Under the pieces are notes generated by a model. It searched no databases. It was not told where the DNA came from and saw only the letters and a list, made by a program, of their open reading frames with translations. Of a stretch of DNA of 64,000 nucleotides, positions 11,521-20,508 are shown piece by piece. Within the stretch, counting starts at the first letter, position 1; every line of letters begins with the position of its first letter. The position numbers and the translations under genes are program-made. Source of the stretch: a virus. The stretch is from positions 20,506 to 84,505 of IMG/VR virus record IMGVR_UViG_3300020433_000002; one strand, given 5' to 3'.

Positions 11521-12414
11521 ATGGCTAAAAAATATTCTTTGTTCCATGTACAAGGTGGGTTTGGAAAACATATTGCAGCAACCGCAGTAGCAAAATGTAT
11601 AAAAAATAATCATCCAAGTAGAGAATTAATATTAACTGCTGTTTATACAGAAATATATCAGAACCTTCCATTTGTAGATAGAGTATATCAATTAGGAAAC
11701 ACAAGTTACTATTATCAAACTTATGTGGAGGACATGGATTCATTAATCTTTGCTAATGAGCCATACTTTACAACTGATCATGTAAATAAAAAACTACCTT
11801 TGGTACAGACTTGGAGTAAGATGTATGGTCTGAAGTATAAAGGTGAGATGCCTCAGATTACATTCAATCATCTTCAAAAAAAGATTGCTAAAGAATTTTG
11901 GACTGGTAGAGCAAATGGTAAACCTATCATGGTCATACAAACCAATGGTGGTTTATTAAATGAACAAAGACCTTATCTATGGGCTAGAGATATGCCTATA
12001 GCATTAGCACAAAAACTTGTAGATCATTATGAAAAGGATTATCATATCTTCCAGATAACTAAACCAGCTGGTGAAGTATTAGATGGTGTAGAAGTTATTA
12101 AGGATCCTATGAGTAACATGGAACTCGTGAGTGTTCTTTTACAAAGTGAAAAGAGAATACTTATTGATAGTTGTATGCAACATGCTGCAGCCGCATTGAA
12201 GATGCCTTCAGTAGTTCTATGGAATGGTACAAGTCCAAAAGTATTTGGATGGGATATGCATACTAATATACAAGCAAGAAAACCTGCTAAGTTTAAACTA
12301 CCTAATAGTGTGTTCTTTGACTTTGATTTTATTGGTGTTGAAGCAGAGTATCCATACGTTGATGAAGACGAAGAGATCTTTGATTTTGATAAGATTATAG
12401 AGGCAGTTGGTTAG
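11521..12414 (+). CDS. Glycosyltransferase, GT-B fold (GT9/heptosyltransferase-like)
   Basis: N-terminal GGFGKHI and C-terminal IDSCMQHAAAALKMPSVVLW, matching GT9 DSG.MH.AAA...P.V.L. Confidence 0.7.
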   Translation: MAKKYSLFHVQGGFGKHIAATAVAKCIKNNHPSRELILTAVYTEIYQNLPFVDRVYQLGNTSYYYQTYVEDMDSLIFANEPYFTTDHVNKKLPLVQTWSKMYGLKYKGEMPQITFNHLQKKIAKEFWTGRANGKPIMVIQTNGGLLNEQRPYLWARDMPIALAQKLVDHYEKDYHIFQITKPAGEVLDGVEVIKDPMSNMELVSVLLQSEKRILIDSCMQHAAAALKMPSVVLWNGTSPKVFGWDMHTNIQARKPAKFKLPNSVFFDFDFIGVEAEYPYVDEDEEIFDFDKIIEAVG

Positions 12415-14115
12415 ATGAATGTTGTTGGACTTTATGGTGCTATAGGTTGGAACGTTGTACTTTCTAACAATCCTAAGTTAGAAAAGGAAGTAAACAATAG
12501 TTGGACACATGGTGCTAGTGTAACCTTATTTAAGGATGATAACCATATATGTAGTGTAAGTGAGGAAAGACTTAGTAGAGTAAAGTATGATGGTAACTTC
12601 CCCAGAAAGTCTATAGAATATTGTTTGTCTGTTGGTAATTTAGACAAGAAAGATATTGATTTGGTAGTCATTCCTTCTATGGCTAACCAAGAGCTTTATA
12701 AGTATTGGATTAATGGTACTCTTACAAAAAAAGTTAAAAGAAATTTTCCAAATGCAAGAGTGCAGGTAGTATCTCATCACATATGTCATGCAGCATCAAC
12801 AGTATTTTCTTGTGATTATAATGAAGGTGCTTTTGTTACATTAGATAATGCAGGATCAGTTTTGTTTGATACTGTAGGACAAATATTTGCCTGTGAAAAT
12901 CATTCATTAGGTTATTTTAATAAGAGAAAAGGTATATTCAAATATTTTCCTGGTGTTCCTCAGATGAATAACTTTGGAAATTATTATTGGTTGTGGGCAT
13001 ATCATATCTACGTTAATAAAATTGATAAAGATATTAAATTAACTGATCCATATTATAGGGAGACATTCTGCGGTAAGGTAATGGGTCTCTCTGCCTATGG
13101 AAATTTAAAAGACCTACCAAAGGATGGTAGAGTTGCTATGGAAGGTATGCCTCAGGTTGCTATGGAATTTCTACCTCAGGCAGGTAAAATGGGCCCATAT
13201 GAAAAACTAACACCAGAAAATAAGGCACAACTCCTTCAACATAATTTTGAACAAGGTATGTTAACGTACTTTAAATTATTAAAAGAAGAAACATATATTC
13301 AAGATAATCTTTGTCTTGCAGGTGGTGTCTTTCTAAACATCCTTGCTAACTCTGTGCTTCATAAGAATAATATTGCAGATAATATACACATACCACCATT
13401 CCCTGATGATACTGGACTCTCATTTGGAGCAGCATGTTATGGAATATTTAAAAATAAAGGAAAGGTAAACCTACCTCATAACATATCATTATTAGGTAAG
13501 TTTTATACTGATGAAGAGATTGAACAAGCACTTGGAGATACCAAGTATAAGAAGTATGATAACTTTGATGAATTATGTGAGGTAGTATCAGGATATCTTG
13601 CAGACAATAAAATTGTAGGATGGTTTCAGAACAGATCTGAATTTGGGCCTAGAGCACTTGGTTCAAGGTCTATCCTTATGAACCCACAACCAAAGAAGAA
13701 CAAGGACATTGTAAACTCACGCATCAAGCATCGTGAAGAGTGGAGACCCTTTGCAGGTATTATGTTAGAGGATCATCAAGAAGAGTACTTTGAAGATACA
13801 TATCCTAATGATTATATGCTATACTCTTTGACTGTACGGAAACATAAGAGAAAAAATCTTGGTGCTATTACTCATGAGGATGGTTCTTGTAGAATACAGA
13901 CAGTGAATAAGAAACTACATCCACAAGTCACTATTCTTCTAGAAAAATATAAAGAAGAAACAGGGTGTCCTATTCTTCTAAATACATCTTTCAATGATAA
14001 TGGCCAACCAATTGTTGAGACTCCAGAACATGCTGTTGATACTTTTAACAATATTGACTTGGATTACTTATGTATCGGTAACTACATTATAAATAAAAAT
14101 TTCAAGGATACATGA
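12415..14115 (+). CDS. Carbamoyltransferase (NodU/CmcH family)
   Basis: EERLSRVK, HHICHA, GKVMGLSAYG, LAGGVFLN, EFGPRALGSRS, RPFA and LLNTSFN motifs. Confidence 0.92.
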   Translation: MNVVGLYGAIGWNVVLSNNPKLEKEVNNSWTHGASVTLFKDDNHICSVSEERLSRVKYDGNFPRKSIEYCLSVGNLDKKDIDLVVIPSMANQELYKYWINGTLTKKVKRNFPNARVQVVSHHICHAASTVFSCDYNEGAFVTLDNAGSVLFDTVGQIFACENHSLGYFNKRKGIFKYFPGVPQMNNFGNYYWLWAYHIYVNKIDKDIKLTDPYYRETFCGKVMGLSAYGNLKDLPKDGRVAMEGMPQVAMEFLPQAGKMGPYEKLTPENKAQLLQHNFEQGMLTYFKLLKEETYIQDNLCLAGGVFLNILANSVLHKNNIADNIHIPPFPDDTGLSFGAACYGIFKNKGKVNLPHNISLLGKFYTDEEIEQALGDTKYKKYDNFDELCEVVSGYLADNKIVGWFQNRSEFGPRALGSRSILMNPQPKKNKDIVNSRIKHREEWRPFAGIMLEDHQEEYFEDTYPNDYMLYSLTVRKHKRKNLGAITHEDGSCRIQTVNKKLHPQVTILLEKYKEETGCPILLNTSFNDNGQPIVETPEHAVDTFNNIDLDYLCIGNYIINKNFKDT

Positions 14116-14354
14116 ACTTCACAGTTTACACAAAAGACGGTTGCCCATATTGCGACAAGGTAAAAAAAGTTTTAAAGTTGACAGAGAGTAAGTTTGTAGT
14201 GTATAATTTAGGCCAACACTTTGATAAAGATGCATTCTATGAAGAGTTCGGAGAAGGTGCTACTTTCCCTCAAGTTTCTGTTAATGGTAAAAAATTAGGA
14301 GGTTGCGTTGACACAATCAAATTCCTCAAAGAAGAAAAAATCATCCAAACCTAA
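14112..14354 (+). CDS. nrdC: Glutaredoxin
   Basis: CPYC active site, TFPQV, LGG; late promoter TATAAATA at 14088. Confidence 0.92.
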   Translation: MNFTVYTKDGCPYCDKVKKVLKLTESKFVVYNLGQHFDKDAFYEEFGEGATFPQVSVNGKKLGGCVDTIKFLKEEKIIQT

Positions 14355-14394
14355 CATAAATAAAACGAACACTACTAATCGTGGTGTAGAACTC

Positions 14395-14526
14395 ATGCTT
14401 TCGGGAGGTAAAAGAAAGAAGAAACCTTTACATATAATATGGAATAAGATGATCTGTTTATGGAATACAGAAATAGATATCCACTTTGAGTTTTCCTTAT
14501 CGGCAAGGAAAAAAAATAAAAAATAG
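14395..14526 (+). CDS. Small hypothetical protein
   Basis: ATG inside track ORF 14308-14526; start uncertain. Confidence 0.4.
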   Translation: MLSGGKRKKKPLHIIWNKMICLWNTEIDIHFEFSLSARKKNKK

Positions 14527-14535
14527 GAGTGTAAA

Positions 14536-14766
14536 ATGGATTTTACCATAGTAACCTTGACATTAACAACGTTAGTGTCTATACTTGCATTATTAGTTGG
14601 TGGTATGATAGGATGGATGGCGAGACAGCATTCATACGACACTACACCCCAAACAGTGTATGCTCATCCCGAAATGTTTGATGAACATGGTAACCTAACC
14701 CCAGACGAAATTGTAGCTGTACGTTTTGAAAATTATGACCCAATCGACGAAGAAGAAGACGACTAA
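14536..14766 (+). CDS. Cyanophage membrane protein
   Basis: GGAG RBS; N-terminal hydrophobic helix; HPEMFDEHG motif; acidic tail. Confidence 0.7.
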   Translation: MDFTIVTLTLTTLVSILALLVGGMIGWMARQHSYDTTPQTVYAHPEMFDEHGNLTPDEIVAVRFENYDPIDEEEDD

Positions 14767-15331
14767 ACCTAAGAGAACCTTACAGGTTAAAACTCTTCCA
14801 GAATTACCAAGCAATCCTTTTATCTTTGAGATTCTTGATCTAGCATCAAGACAAAGATCTAAGGCCAAAAAGATAGAAGTACTTAGAAAGTATGATCACA
14901 AGGCACTGAGACATGTCTTGATCTGGAACTTTGATGAAGCAATAGTTTCTATACTACCAGAAGGAGAGGTTCCTTACGTAGGATATGATGAGAACGTTTC
15001 TTACAGTGGATCTTTAACCACTAAACTTTCTCATCAGATACGTACCATGCATGAGAAAGGTAACTTCTCTTTAGGTGCAGGTGATCAGCAAGGTCATACT
15101 ACTATTCGAAGAGAGTCTAAACACTTCTATAGATTTGTAAAAGGTGGTGACGATAGATTAAATGCTATCCGTAGAGAGACAATGTTTATTAACATTCTAC
15201 AAGGTCTACATCCATTAGAAGCAGAGATTGTTTGTCTTATAAAGGATAAAAAACTATCTGACTCCTATAATATTACAAGAGAAGTTGTTGCAGCAGCATT
15301 CCCTGATATTGTATGGAGAGATGGTAAATGA
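14735..15331 (+). CDS. Conserved T4-like phage hypothetical protein
   Basis: LPEGEVPY and RRETMFINILQGLHPLEAE motifs; position after nrdC. Confidence 0.7.
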   Translation: MTQSTKKKTTKPKRTLQVKTLPELPSNPFIFEILDLASRQRSKAKKIEVLRKYDHKALRHVLIWNFDEAIVSILPEGEVPYVGYDENVSYSGSLTTKLSHQIRTMHEKGNFSLGAGDQQGHTTIRRESKHFYRFVKGGDDRLNAIRRETMFINILQGLHPLEAEIVCLIKDKKLSDSYNITREVVAAAFPDIVWRDGK

Positions 15332-15654
15332 CGACCACACCTAAAAAGAAATCAATATGGTCTACAGAAGAATTAGAAAAACTATCTGAGGTCTATGGTA
15401 CAAGTATTATTATAGAGAATGGTACAGACGAGGAAGTAAAAACAACTCAAGCACCTAACGATGCATATATTGTTCAGTATGTGTACGAGGATTCGGTTCG
15501 CTATGACCTTACAAGAGGTACTAAGATGGCCGTGTTTGATATGTACTATGATAAAATTAAAAGGGGTTTGAAGTCCATAGACTATGGTAAGGGAACCATT
15601 AAACCTAACCTCTGGGGTTACAAATCACCGCAAGGAAAAAAGAAAAAGAAATGA
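15328..15654 (+). CDS. Hypothetical protein
   Basis: ATGA overlap with the upstream gene. Confidence 0.65.
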   Translation: MTTTPKKKSIWSTEELEKLSEVYGTSIIIENGTDEEVKTTQAPNDAYIVQYVYEDSVRYDLTRGTKMAVFDMYYDKIKRGLKSIDYGKGTIKPNLWGYKSPQGKKKKK

Positions 15655-15821
15655 ATTGTTGGCACTGTAATACTGAACTTATATGGGGATCAGATTTTGA
15701 TGCTGAAGACTATGGATGTGAAGAAGAGTACTCTATTGTAACTAACCTTACATGTCCTAAGTGTGAGTCATTTGTACAAGTATATTATCCTAATGAAGAT
15801 CAAAGACAAGTTTCTAGATAA
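15651..15821 (+). CDS. Small Zn-ribbon-like protein (56 aa, not in ORF track)
   Basis: MNCWHC...LTCPKC with two CxxC pairs; ATGA overlap. Confidence 0.7.
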   Translation: MNCWHCNTELIWGSDFDAEDYGCEEEYSIVTNLTCPKCESFVQVYYPNEDQRQVSR

Positions 15822-16302
15822 ATATACCTTCTATAGAATTAAAAAAACCATATTTAATTATGAAGATACTCCTTGGAGATGCATTAAGGATGTCTCTGGT
15901 TTAGGTAAGGAGAGGGATTGTTATTTTACTCATTCATTATATGAAACTTATATGGATGAGAATTTAAAATTAAATTCATATGCAACACCTTGTAGTCCTC
16001 ACTCTTGGATAGCAGATATATTAAAAGAGGCTATAGGTGCAGAACATTTAATTAGGGTAAAGGTAAATCTATATCCTAGAACAGATATTCTAGTCAGTCA
16101 TAGGCCTCATAAAGATTATAATTTTCCACATAAGGGAGCATTGTTTTCTTTGAATACGTGTGATGGCCATACTAATGTTGATGGTACACCAGTTGACTCT
16201 GTTAAAAATAGAATGCTATTCTTTGACCCTCAAGTCACACATAATAGTACTAACTGTACTGATGAACAGTTTAGATGTAACATCAATATTAATTACCAAT
16301 AA
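15793..16302 (+). CDS. 2OG-Fe(II) oxygenase
   Basis: HKD...H triad, NRMLFFD, C-terminal R-x-N-I-N-I-N. Confidence 0.75.
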   Translation: MKIKDKFLDKYTFYRIKKTIFNYEDTPWRCIKDVSGLGKERDCYFTHSLYETYMDENLKLNSYATPCSPHSWIADILKEAIGAEHLIRVKVNLYPRTDILVSHRPHKDYNFPHKGALFSLNTCDGHTNVDGTPVDSVKNRMLFFDPQVTHNSTNCTDEQFRCNININYQ

Positions 16303-16382
16303 CCTCTGGCCACCAAAATTGACTTTAGCTTTCAAAAATCGGGAGAAAAAAACTCCGCAAAATTTTTGAGCCACAGGATTTT

Positions 16383-16396
16383 GTATCAGATGCTAC
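16383..16396 (+). promoter_or_regulatory. NtcA-binding site GTA-N8-TAC
   Basis: tGTAtcagatgcTAC, 8 nt upstream of a -35 box and before a glutamine-riboswitch-like RNA. Confidence 0.6.
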
Positions 16397-16404
16397 TGTT
16401 CTAC

Positions 16405-16433
16405 TTGCCTATATAATATACATGTGTTAGAAT
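16405..16433 (+). promoter_or_regulatory. Sigma70-type promoter
   Basis: TTGCCT-N17-TAGAAT with extended TG; predicted +1 near 16440, just before the aptamer. Confidence 0.65.
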
Positions 16434-16441
16434 TAACACAA

Positions 16442-16484
16442 CGTTCATCTCCTTCGGGAGACGCAAGTAAGCCGACTCGGAACG
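16442..16484 (+). ncRNA. Glutamine riboswitch-like aptamer 1 (Downstream-peptide/glnA family)
   Basis: P1 CGTTC/GAACG, A, P2 TCTCC-TTCG-GGAGA, then CGCAAGTAAGCCGAC. Confidence 0.75.
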
Positions 16485-16488
16485 GAAT

Positions 16489-16531
16489 CGTTCATCCTCG
16501 CAAGAGGACGCAAAAGCCGACTAAAGGAACG
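16489..16531 (+). ncRNA. Glutamine riboswitch-like aptamer 2 (tandem copy)
   Basis: P1 CGTTC/GAACG; P2 TCCTC-GCAA-GAGGA covaries with copy 1; CGCAAAAGCCGAC. Confidence 0.75.
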
Positions 16532-16563
16532 GGCCTAAAAATCCAACTACTGAGGACAAGCAA

Positions 16564-16707
16564 ATGGCAACAGTTACTTACCGTGGTGTCGAATACGACA
16601 CTGAAGAGTACAACGCAAAAGTTGTTGATGAAGCAGCTAAGCGTGAAAGACACGATTTAATGTATCGTGGTCTCAAGGTTAAAAGCAAGGCATCACCTTG
16701 CAGTTAA
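16564..16707 (+). CDS. DUF4278-like YRG peptide (47 aa, not in ORF track)
   Basis: MATVTYRGVEYDTEEYNAKVVDEAAKRERHDLMYRGLKVKSKASPCS; GAGG RBS; two YRG motifs. Confidence 0.8.
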   Translation: MATVTYRGVEYDTEEYNAKVVDEAAKRERHDLMYRGLKVKSKASPCS

Positions 16708-16713
16708 CATTAG

Positions 16714-16739
16714 GGAGGGGTTGATCCCCTCCTTTTTTT
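16714..16739 (+). terminator. Rho-independent terminator
   Basis: GGAGGGG-ttgat-CCCCTCC followed by a T run. Confidence 0.85.
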
Positions 16740-16770
16740 ATGCTATACTTAGTGAAATGAAATTTTATCT

Positions 16771-16932
16771 ATGGATCGAAGAAAGTTAAAAGACATTGTT
16801 CGTACATTAGAATTAACAGTTGATGCACTTAAAGCAGAGGTCTATTCTGACGTAGATGCTTATTCTACCTCAAATACCTCAAAAAAGATATTGACTGATT
16901 ACGACGAAATTTTTGAGGACGACGACGGATGA
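16771..16932 (+). CDS. Small hypothetical protein (53 aa)
   Basis: MDRRKLK...LKAEVYSD...DYDEIFEDDDG; not in track; TATACT upstream. Confidence 0.65.
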   Translation: MDRRKLKDIVRTLELTVDALKAEVYSDVDAYSTSNTSKKILTDYDEIFEDDDG

Positions 16933-17087
16933 GACAAAAGCAAATTCTTAAGAATTTAAAAGAAGCACTTAAACAAGACTATTTGTACACTTCTGAAGAG
17001 CTTTCATTTATGAAAGAACAACTTGCTGTTCTTGAAAAAGAGACATTAGCTAGAAAAAGAGAAAAACCCGAAGGATTTGGTAAATGA
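16929..17087 (+). CDS. Small hypothetical protein (52 aa)
   Basis: ATGA-coupled at both ends; ends in EGFGK. Confidence 0.65.
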   Translation: MRQKQILKNLKEALKQDYLYTSEELSFMKEQLAVLEKETLARKREKPEGFGK

Positions 17088-17716
17088 ACGTAAAACTTGT
17101 TAGTATCACTCCTGATGCAGAACAAACAATGGCTTATATCGCCAGAGTGAGTAATCCCTCAAATCAGGATAATGAAAAATACTCAGGCTTATTAAAGTAT
17201 TGTATTAAGCATAATCATTGGAGTGTATTTGAACAATCCTCGATGAGCTTGGAGATCGAGACAAGCCGAGCTATCGCTGCTCAAATTTTGAGACATAGGA
17301 GTTTTACGTTCCAAGAGTTCTCACAGAGATATGCAGCAAGCACCGCATTAGGGGATATTCCACTACCAGAACTCAGAAGGCAGGATGAGAAGAATCGTCA
17401 AAATTCTACAAATGACTTGGAACCCGAAAAAATCGAAAAATTCGAAAAACAGATGGAAACCCTGTTTAGTTCTGCAAAGTCACTCTATGAGCAAATGTTG
17501 AGTCAGGGTGTTGCGAAGGAATGTGCAAGAATGGTGTTACCTCTATGTACTCCTACCAGAATCTATATGACTGGAAGTTGTCGTTCATGGGTTCACTATA
17601 TTAATCTGAGATCTGCACACGGTACTCAAAAAGAGCATATGCAGATTGCAGAGGAATGTAGAAAGATCTTTATAGAGCAATTCCCGAACGTATCAGAAGC
17701 CCTAGAATGGGTCTAA
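17084..17716 (+). CDS. thyX: FAD-dependent thymidylate synthase
   Basis: HWSVFE and RHRSFTFQEFSQRY ThyX signature. Confidence 0.96.
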   Translation: MNVKLVSITPDAEQTMAYIARVSNPSNQDNEKYSGLLKYCIKHNHWSVFEQSSMSLEIETSRAIAAQILRHRSFTFQEFSQRYAASTALGDIPLPELRRQDEKNRQNSTNDLEPEKIEKFEKQMETLFSSAKSLYEQMLSQGVAKECARMVLPLCTPTRIYMTGSCRSWVHYINLRSAHGTQKEHMQIAEECRKIFIEQFPNVSEALEWV

Positions 17717-17738
17717 ATAAATTACCCGATAAAATATT

Positions 17739-17987
17739 ATGGCTACATACCCTGTTGTAAATACAAAAACTGGAGATAAGAGAGAAGTCACGATGAGTGT
17801 ACATGACTGGGATCAGTGGTGTACCGATAATCCTGATTGGAGTAGAGATTACTCTGATCCATCAACATGTCCAAGTGCTGCAGAAGTGGGAGACTGGAGA
17901 GATAAACTACGTAAATCAAAGCCTGGCTGGAATGAAGTTTTGGAGAAAGCATCCAAATCGCCAGGTGCCCGTAATTTGAAACTATAA
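17739..17987 (+). CDS. Conserved cyanophage hypothetical protein
   Basis: MATYPV...GWNEVL; sits between thyX and phoH. Confidence 0.7.
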   Translation: MATYPVVNTKTGDKREVTMSVHDWDQWCTDNPDWSRDYSDPSTCPSAAEVGDWRDKLRKSKPGWNEVLEKASKSPGARNLKL

Positions 17988-17988
17988 A

Positions 17989-18747
17989 ATGGCCCGTAAA
18001 AGAAAAACCTCTGGGGATCAACCTATTGGTGTGGGGATGACTGGTAAACAGATGAGGAGGAAAAAACCTCTGAATGCTGATTATTTGATTGATATTCAAC
18101 CTCTTACTGAAAATCAAAAAAGACTATTTGATTCCTATAAAGAAGGAAAACACCTCGTTGCCTATGGAGCAGCTGGGACAGGAAAAACTTTCGTTACTCT
18201 CTTCAATGCTCTAAAGGACGTTTTAAACGATAGGACTCCTTATGAAAGAATCTATATTGTAAGATCATTAGTATCTACAAGAGAGATTGGATTTTTACCA
18301 GGTGATTATGAAGATAAATCAGACATCTATCAAGTGCCTTACAAGCACATGGTAAAGTATATGTTTGAAATGAACTCTGATGCTGATTTTGAGATGCTTT
18401 ATGGAAATCTAAAAGCACAGGATACAATTAAATTCTGGAGTACCTCGTTTTTAAGAGGAACTACACTCGATAATGCTATTGTGATTGTTGATGAATTTCA
18501 AAACCTCAATTTCCATGAACTCGATAGTATTATTACCAGAATAGGAGAAAATAGTAAGATATGTTTCTGTGGGGATGCTAGACAATCTGATTTACTTAAA
18601 ACTAATGAAAGAAACGGTATAGTGGACTTTATGAACATCTTGCGTAAAATGAATTCTTTTGATATAATAGAATTTGGAATTGATGATATCATTCGTTCTG
18701 GACTCGTGAAGGAGTATATTATTGCTAAACTTGAGATGGGTATGTAA
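17989..18747 (+). CDS. phoH: PhoH-like ATPase
   Basis: GAAGTGKT Walker A, IGFLPG, LRGTT, IVDEFQN, GDARQSD. Confidence 0.95.
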   Translation: MARKRKTSGDQPIGVGMTGKQMRRKKPLNADYLIDIQPLTENQKRLFDSYKEGKHLVAYGAAGTGKTFVTLFNALKDVLNDRTPYERIYIVRSLVSTREIGFLPGDYEDKSDIYQVPYKHMVKYMFEMNSDADFEMLYGNLKAQDTIKFWSTSFLRGTTLDNAIVIVDEFQNLNFHELDSIITRIGENSKICFCGDARQSDLLKTNERNGIVDFMNILRKMNSFDIIEFGIDDIIRSGLVKEYIIAKLEMGM

Positions 18748-19436
18748 TGTTTAAACATATTGATTTGAATCTCCCTAAACTTAGTAGGGAGACTATTGAT
18801 GGAGTTCGTTATTACTCAGTACCAGACGAAGATGAGTTACTTAGACTTGTTTCAATTACTTCCGTCACTAGCCACTTTAATAAAGAAATCTTTGTTGATT
18901 GGAGAAAGAGGGTAGGTAATGAAGAGGCAGATCGTATCACGAAAGCGGCTACAACCCGTGGAACTGATATGCACTCACTCACGGAACATTATTTAAAGAA
19001 CGATCAATTACCTCAGGTTCCTCCTATTTCTGATTTTTTATTTAAAATCTCAAAGGGGGAACTCAACAAAATAGATAATATCCACACCCTTGAAGGTGCC
19101 CTATATAGTAAACAACTGGGTATTGCAGGAACCGTTGACTGTATCGCAGAATATGATGGTGAGTTAGCAATAATAGATTTTAAAACATCTAAGAAACCAA
19201 AGCCAAGAGAATGGATAGAACATTATTTTGTCCAAGCGATGGCATACGGTTGTATGTTGTATGAACTAAAAAATATATCAGTTAAAAAATTGGTCATTAT
19301 TATGGCTTGTGAAAATGGAGAATGTGTAGTTTATGAAGAGTACAACAAAGCAAAGTACATCAAACTTCTCGACAAATATATTAGAAAGTTTGTTAGAGAT
19401 AAACTGGAAATCTATGGAACCGAACAAAGAACTTGA
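18747..19436 (+). CDS. PD-(D/E)XK exonuclease
   Basis: SITSV, RGT.MH, AGTVDCIA, IIDFKTS and Q..AY motifs. Confidence 0.88.
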   Translation: MFKHIDLNLPKLSRETIDGVRYYSVPDEDELLRLVSITSVTSHFNKEIFVDWRKRVGNEEADRITKAATTRGTDMHSLTEHYLKNDQLPQVPPISDFLFKISKGELNKIDNIHTLEGALYSKQLGIAGTVDCIAEYDGELAIIDFKTSKKPKPREWIEHYFVQAMAYGCMLYELKNISVKKLVIIMACENGECVVYEEYNKAKYIKLLDKYIRKFVRDKLEIYGTEQRT

Positions 19437-19674
19437 GCAAGTAATGGAGAAGAAGTTTCTTACTCCCGCTAAATTTGCAATGGAAATTGAGTCAATAGTA
19501 TCTAAAGAAGATATGAATTACATTGATGCAATATGTTACTATTGCGAAATCAATGGACTTGAGATAGAATCAGTAACAAAGTTAGTTTCTAAACCACTCA
19601 AAGAGAAATTGAAGTGGGATGCACAAGAACTTAATTTTATGAAAAAAACATCAAGAGCTAAATTACCACTATAA
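19414..19674 (+). CDS. gp33: Late transcription coactivator gp33
   Basis: F..EIE..V...MNYIDAI..YCE...LKEKLK.DA..LNF; ATG 19414. Confidence 0.85.
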   Translation: MEPNKELEQVMEKKFLTPAKFAMEIESIVSKEDMNYIDAICYYCEINGLEIESVTKLVSKPLKEKLKWDAQELNFMKKTSRAKLPL

Positions 19675-20327
19675 TGGCGACTTTAATTAGTAATATGCCC
19701 GCAGAGGAAGTGTGGGTAAGAAAAGAATATCTTACCGACTTCGAATCAGGACATGGTGAATTTACACCAGGTGTCTGGGTATCTGCAAAATCCATTCCTG
19801 GCCGTGCTTTTTATTTTGAGACATACTTACCAGAATATGCAGCAATATTTGATAAACTACCTATCAGTGCTTTTTTAAGTAGACCTCAAACACCTGATCC
19901 AGACATGGATCTACCTAACTTACAGTTCTGGAACTGTATGGATTATGGTGTTACGACTATATGCAAACAGTTTATAGGTTCTATGGATTATGAGTGTTAT
20001 ACTAGAGATTTTGGAACACAGCAAGGAAAATATGTGGTCACATTAGATAATTATCACTGTGATATTGATACTCCTGATTTTAGTACATCAGAAACACCCG
20101 CAGAACATAAGAGTCATAATCTTATAGAATTGAACAATGGACAGTTCGCACTGTATCCTAATAATAGATTGAGAATTTACGACAATTCCTTAACTCCTAA
20201 AAATCCTAAAATGCCTGATTTTAAAGTATCCACAAAATACTTTAGTGTTGAGAGAGGACATATGGAAAGGTATGGAGATACTAACGATTATCATTATGGT
20301 TTAAATGAAGATTCCGAACAAAACTGA
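19674..20327 (+). CDS. Conserved phage hypothetical protein
   Basis: 217-aa ORF with stop/start overlap; no recognised function. Confidence 0.7.
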   Translation: MATLISNMPAEEVWVRKEYLTDFESGHGEFTPGVWVSAKSIPGRAFYFETYLPEYAAIFDKLPISAFLSRPQTPDPDMDLPNLQFWNCMDYGVTTICKQFIGSMDYECYTRDFGTQQGKYVVTLDNYHCDIDTPDFSTSETPAEHKSHNLIELNNGQFALYPNNRLRIYDNSLTPKNPKMPDFKVSTKYFSVERGHMERYGDTNDYHYGLNEDSEQN

Positions 20328-20508
20328 ACTAACACATTTACGTCTTCAAGCAATGCTCAGAGAACATAGTTTCCCTGATCTTAAATATATTGGAGAGAAA
20401 AAAAGTTGGAAATCAGGAGAAATTGAGCACTGGTATAAAATCGGTAATCATGAAGTGCCTGTTGATGCAATTGACTCTTTAGAGGCTGAAGAAGATGAAG
20501 CAGATTGA
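20305..20508 (+). CDS. Hypothetical protein
   Basis: Short overlaps with both neighbours. Confidence 0.55.
   Translation: MKIPNKTELTHLRLQAMLREHSFPDLKYIGEKKSWKSGEIEHWYKIGNHEVPVDAIDSLEAEEDEAD

Noticed and set aside
16424-16660. 78-aa ORF in the track
   Set aside because: Runs through the promoter and aptamers and overlaps the better supported YRG peptide in another frame.
17700-17990. Pho box upstream of phoH
   Set aside because: No convincing 11-nt-spaced direct repeat found; only a TAAATA late-type element.
18747-19436. Cas4-like nuclease suggesting CRISPR
   Set aside because: Standard phage PD-(D/E)XK exonuclease; no repeat-spacer array or other cas genes seen in the window.
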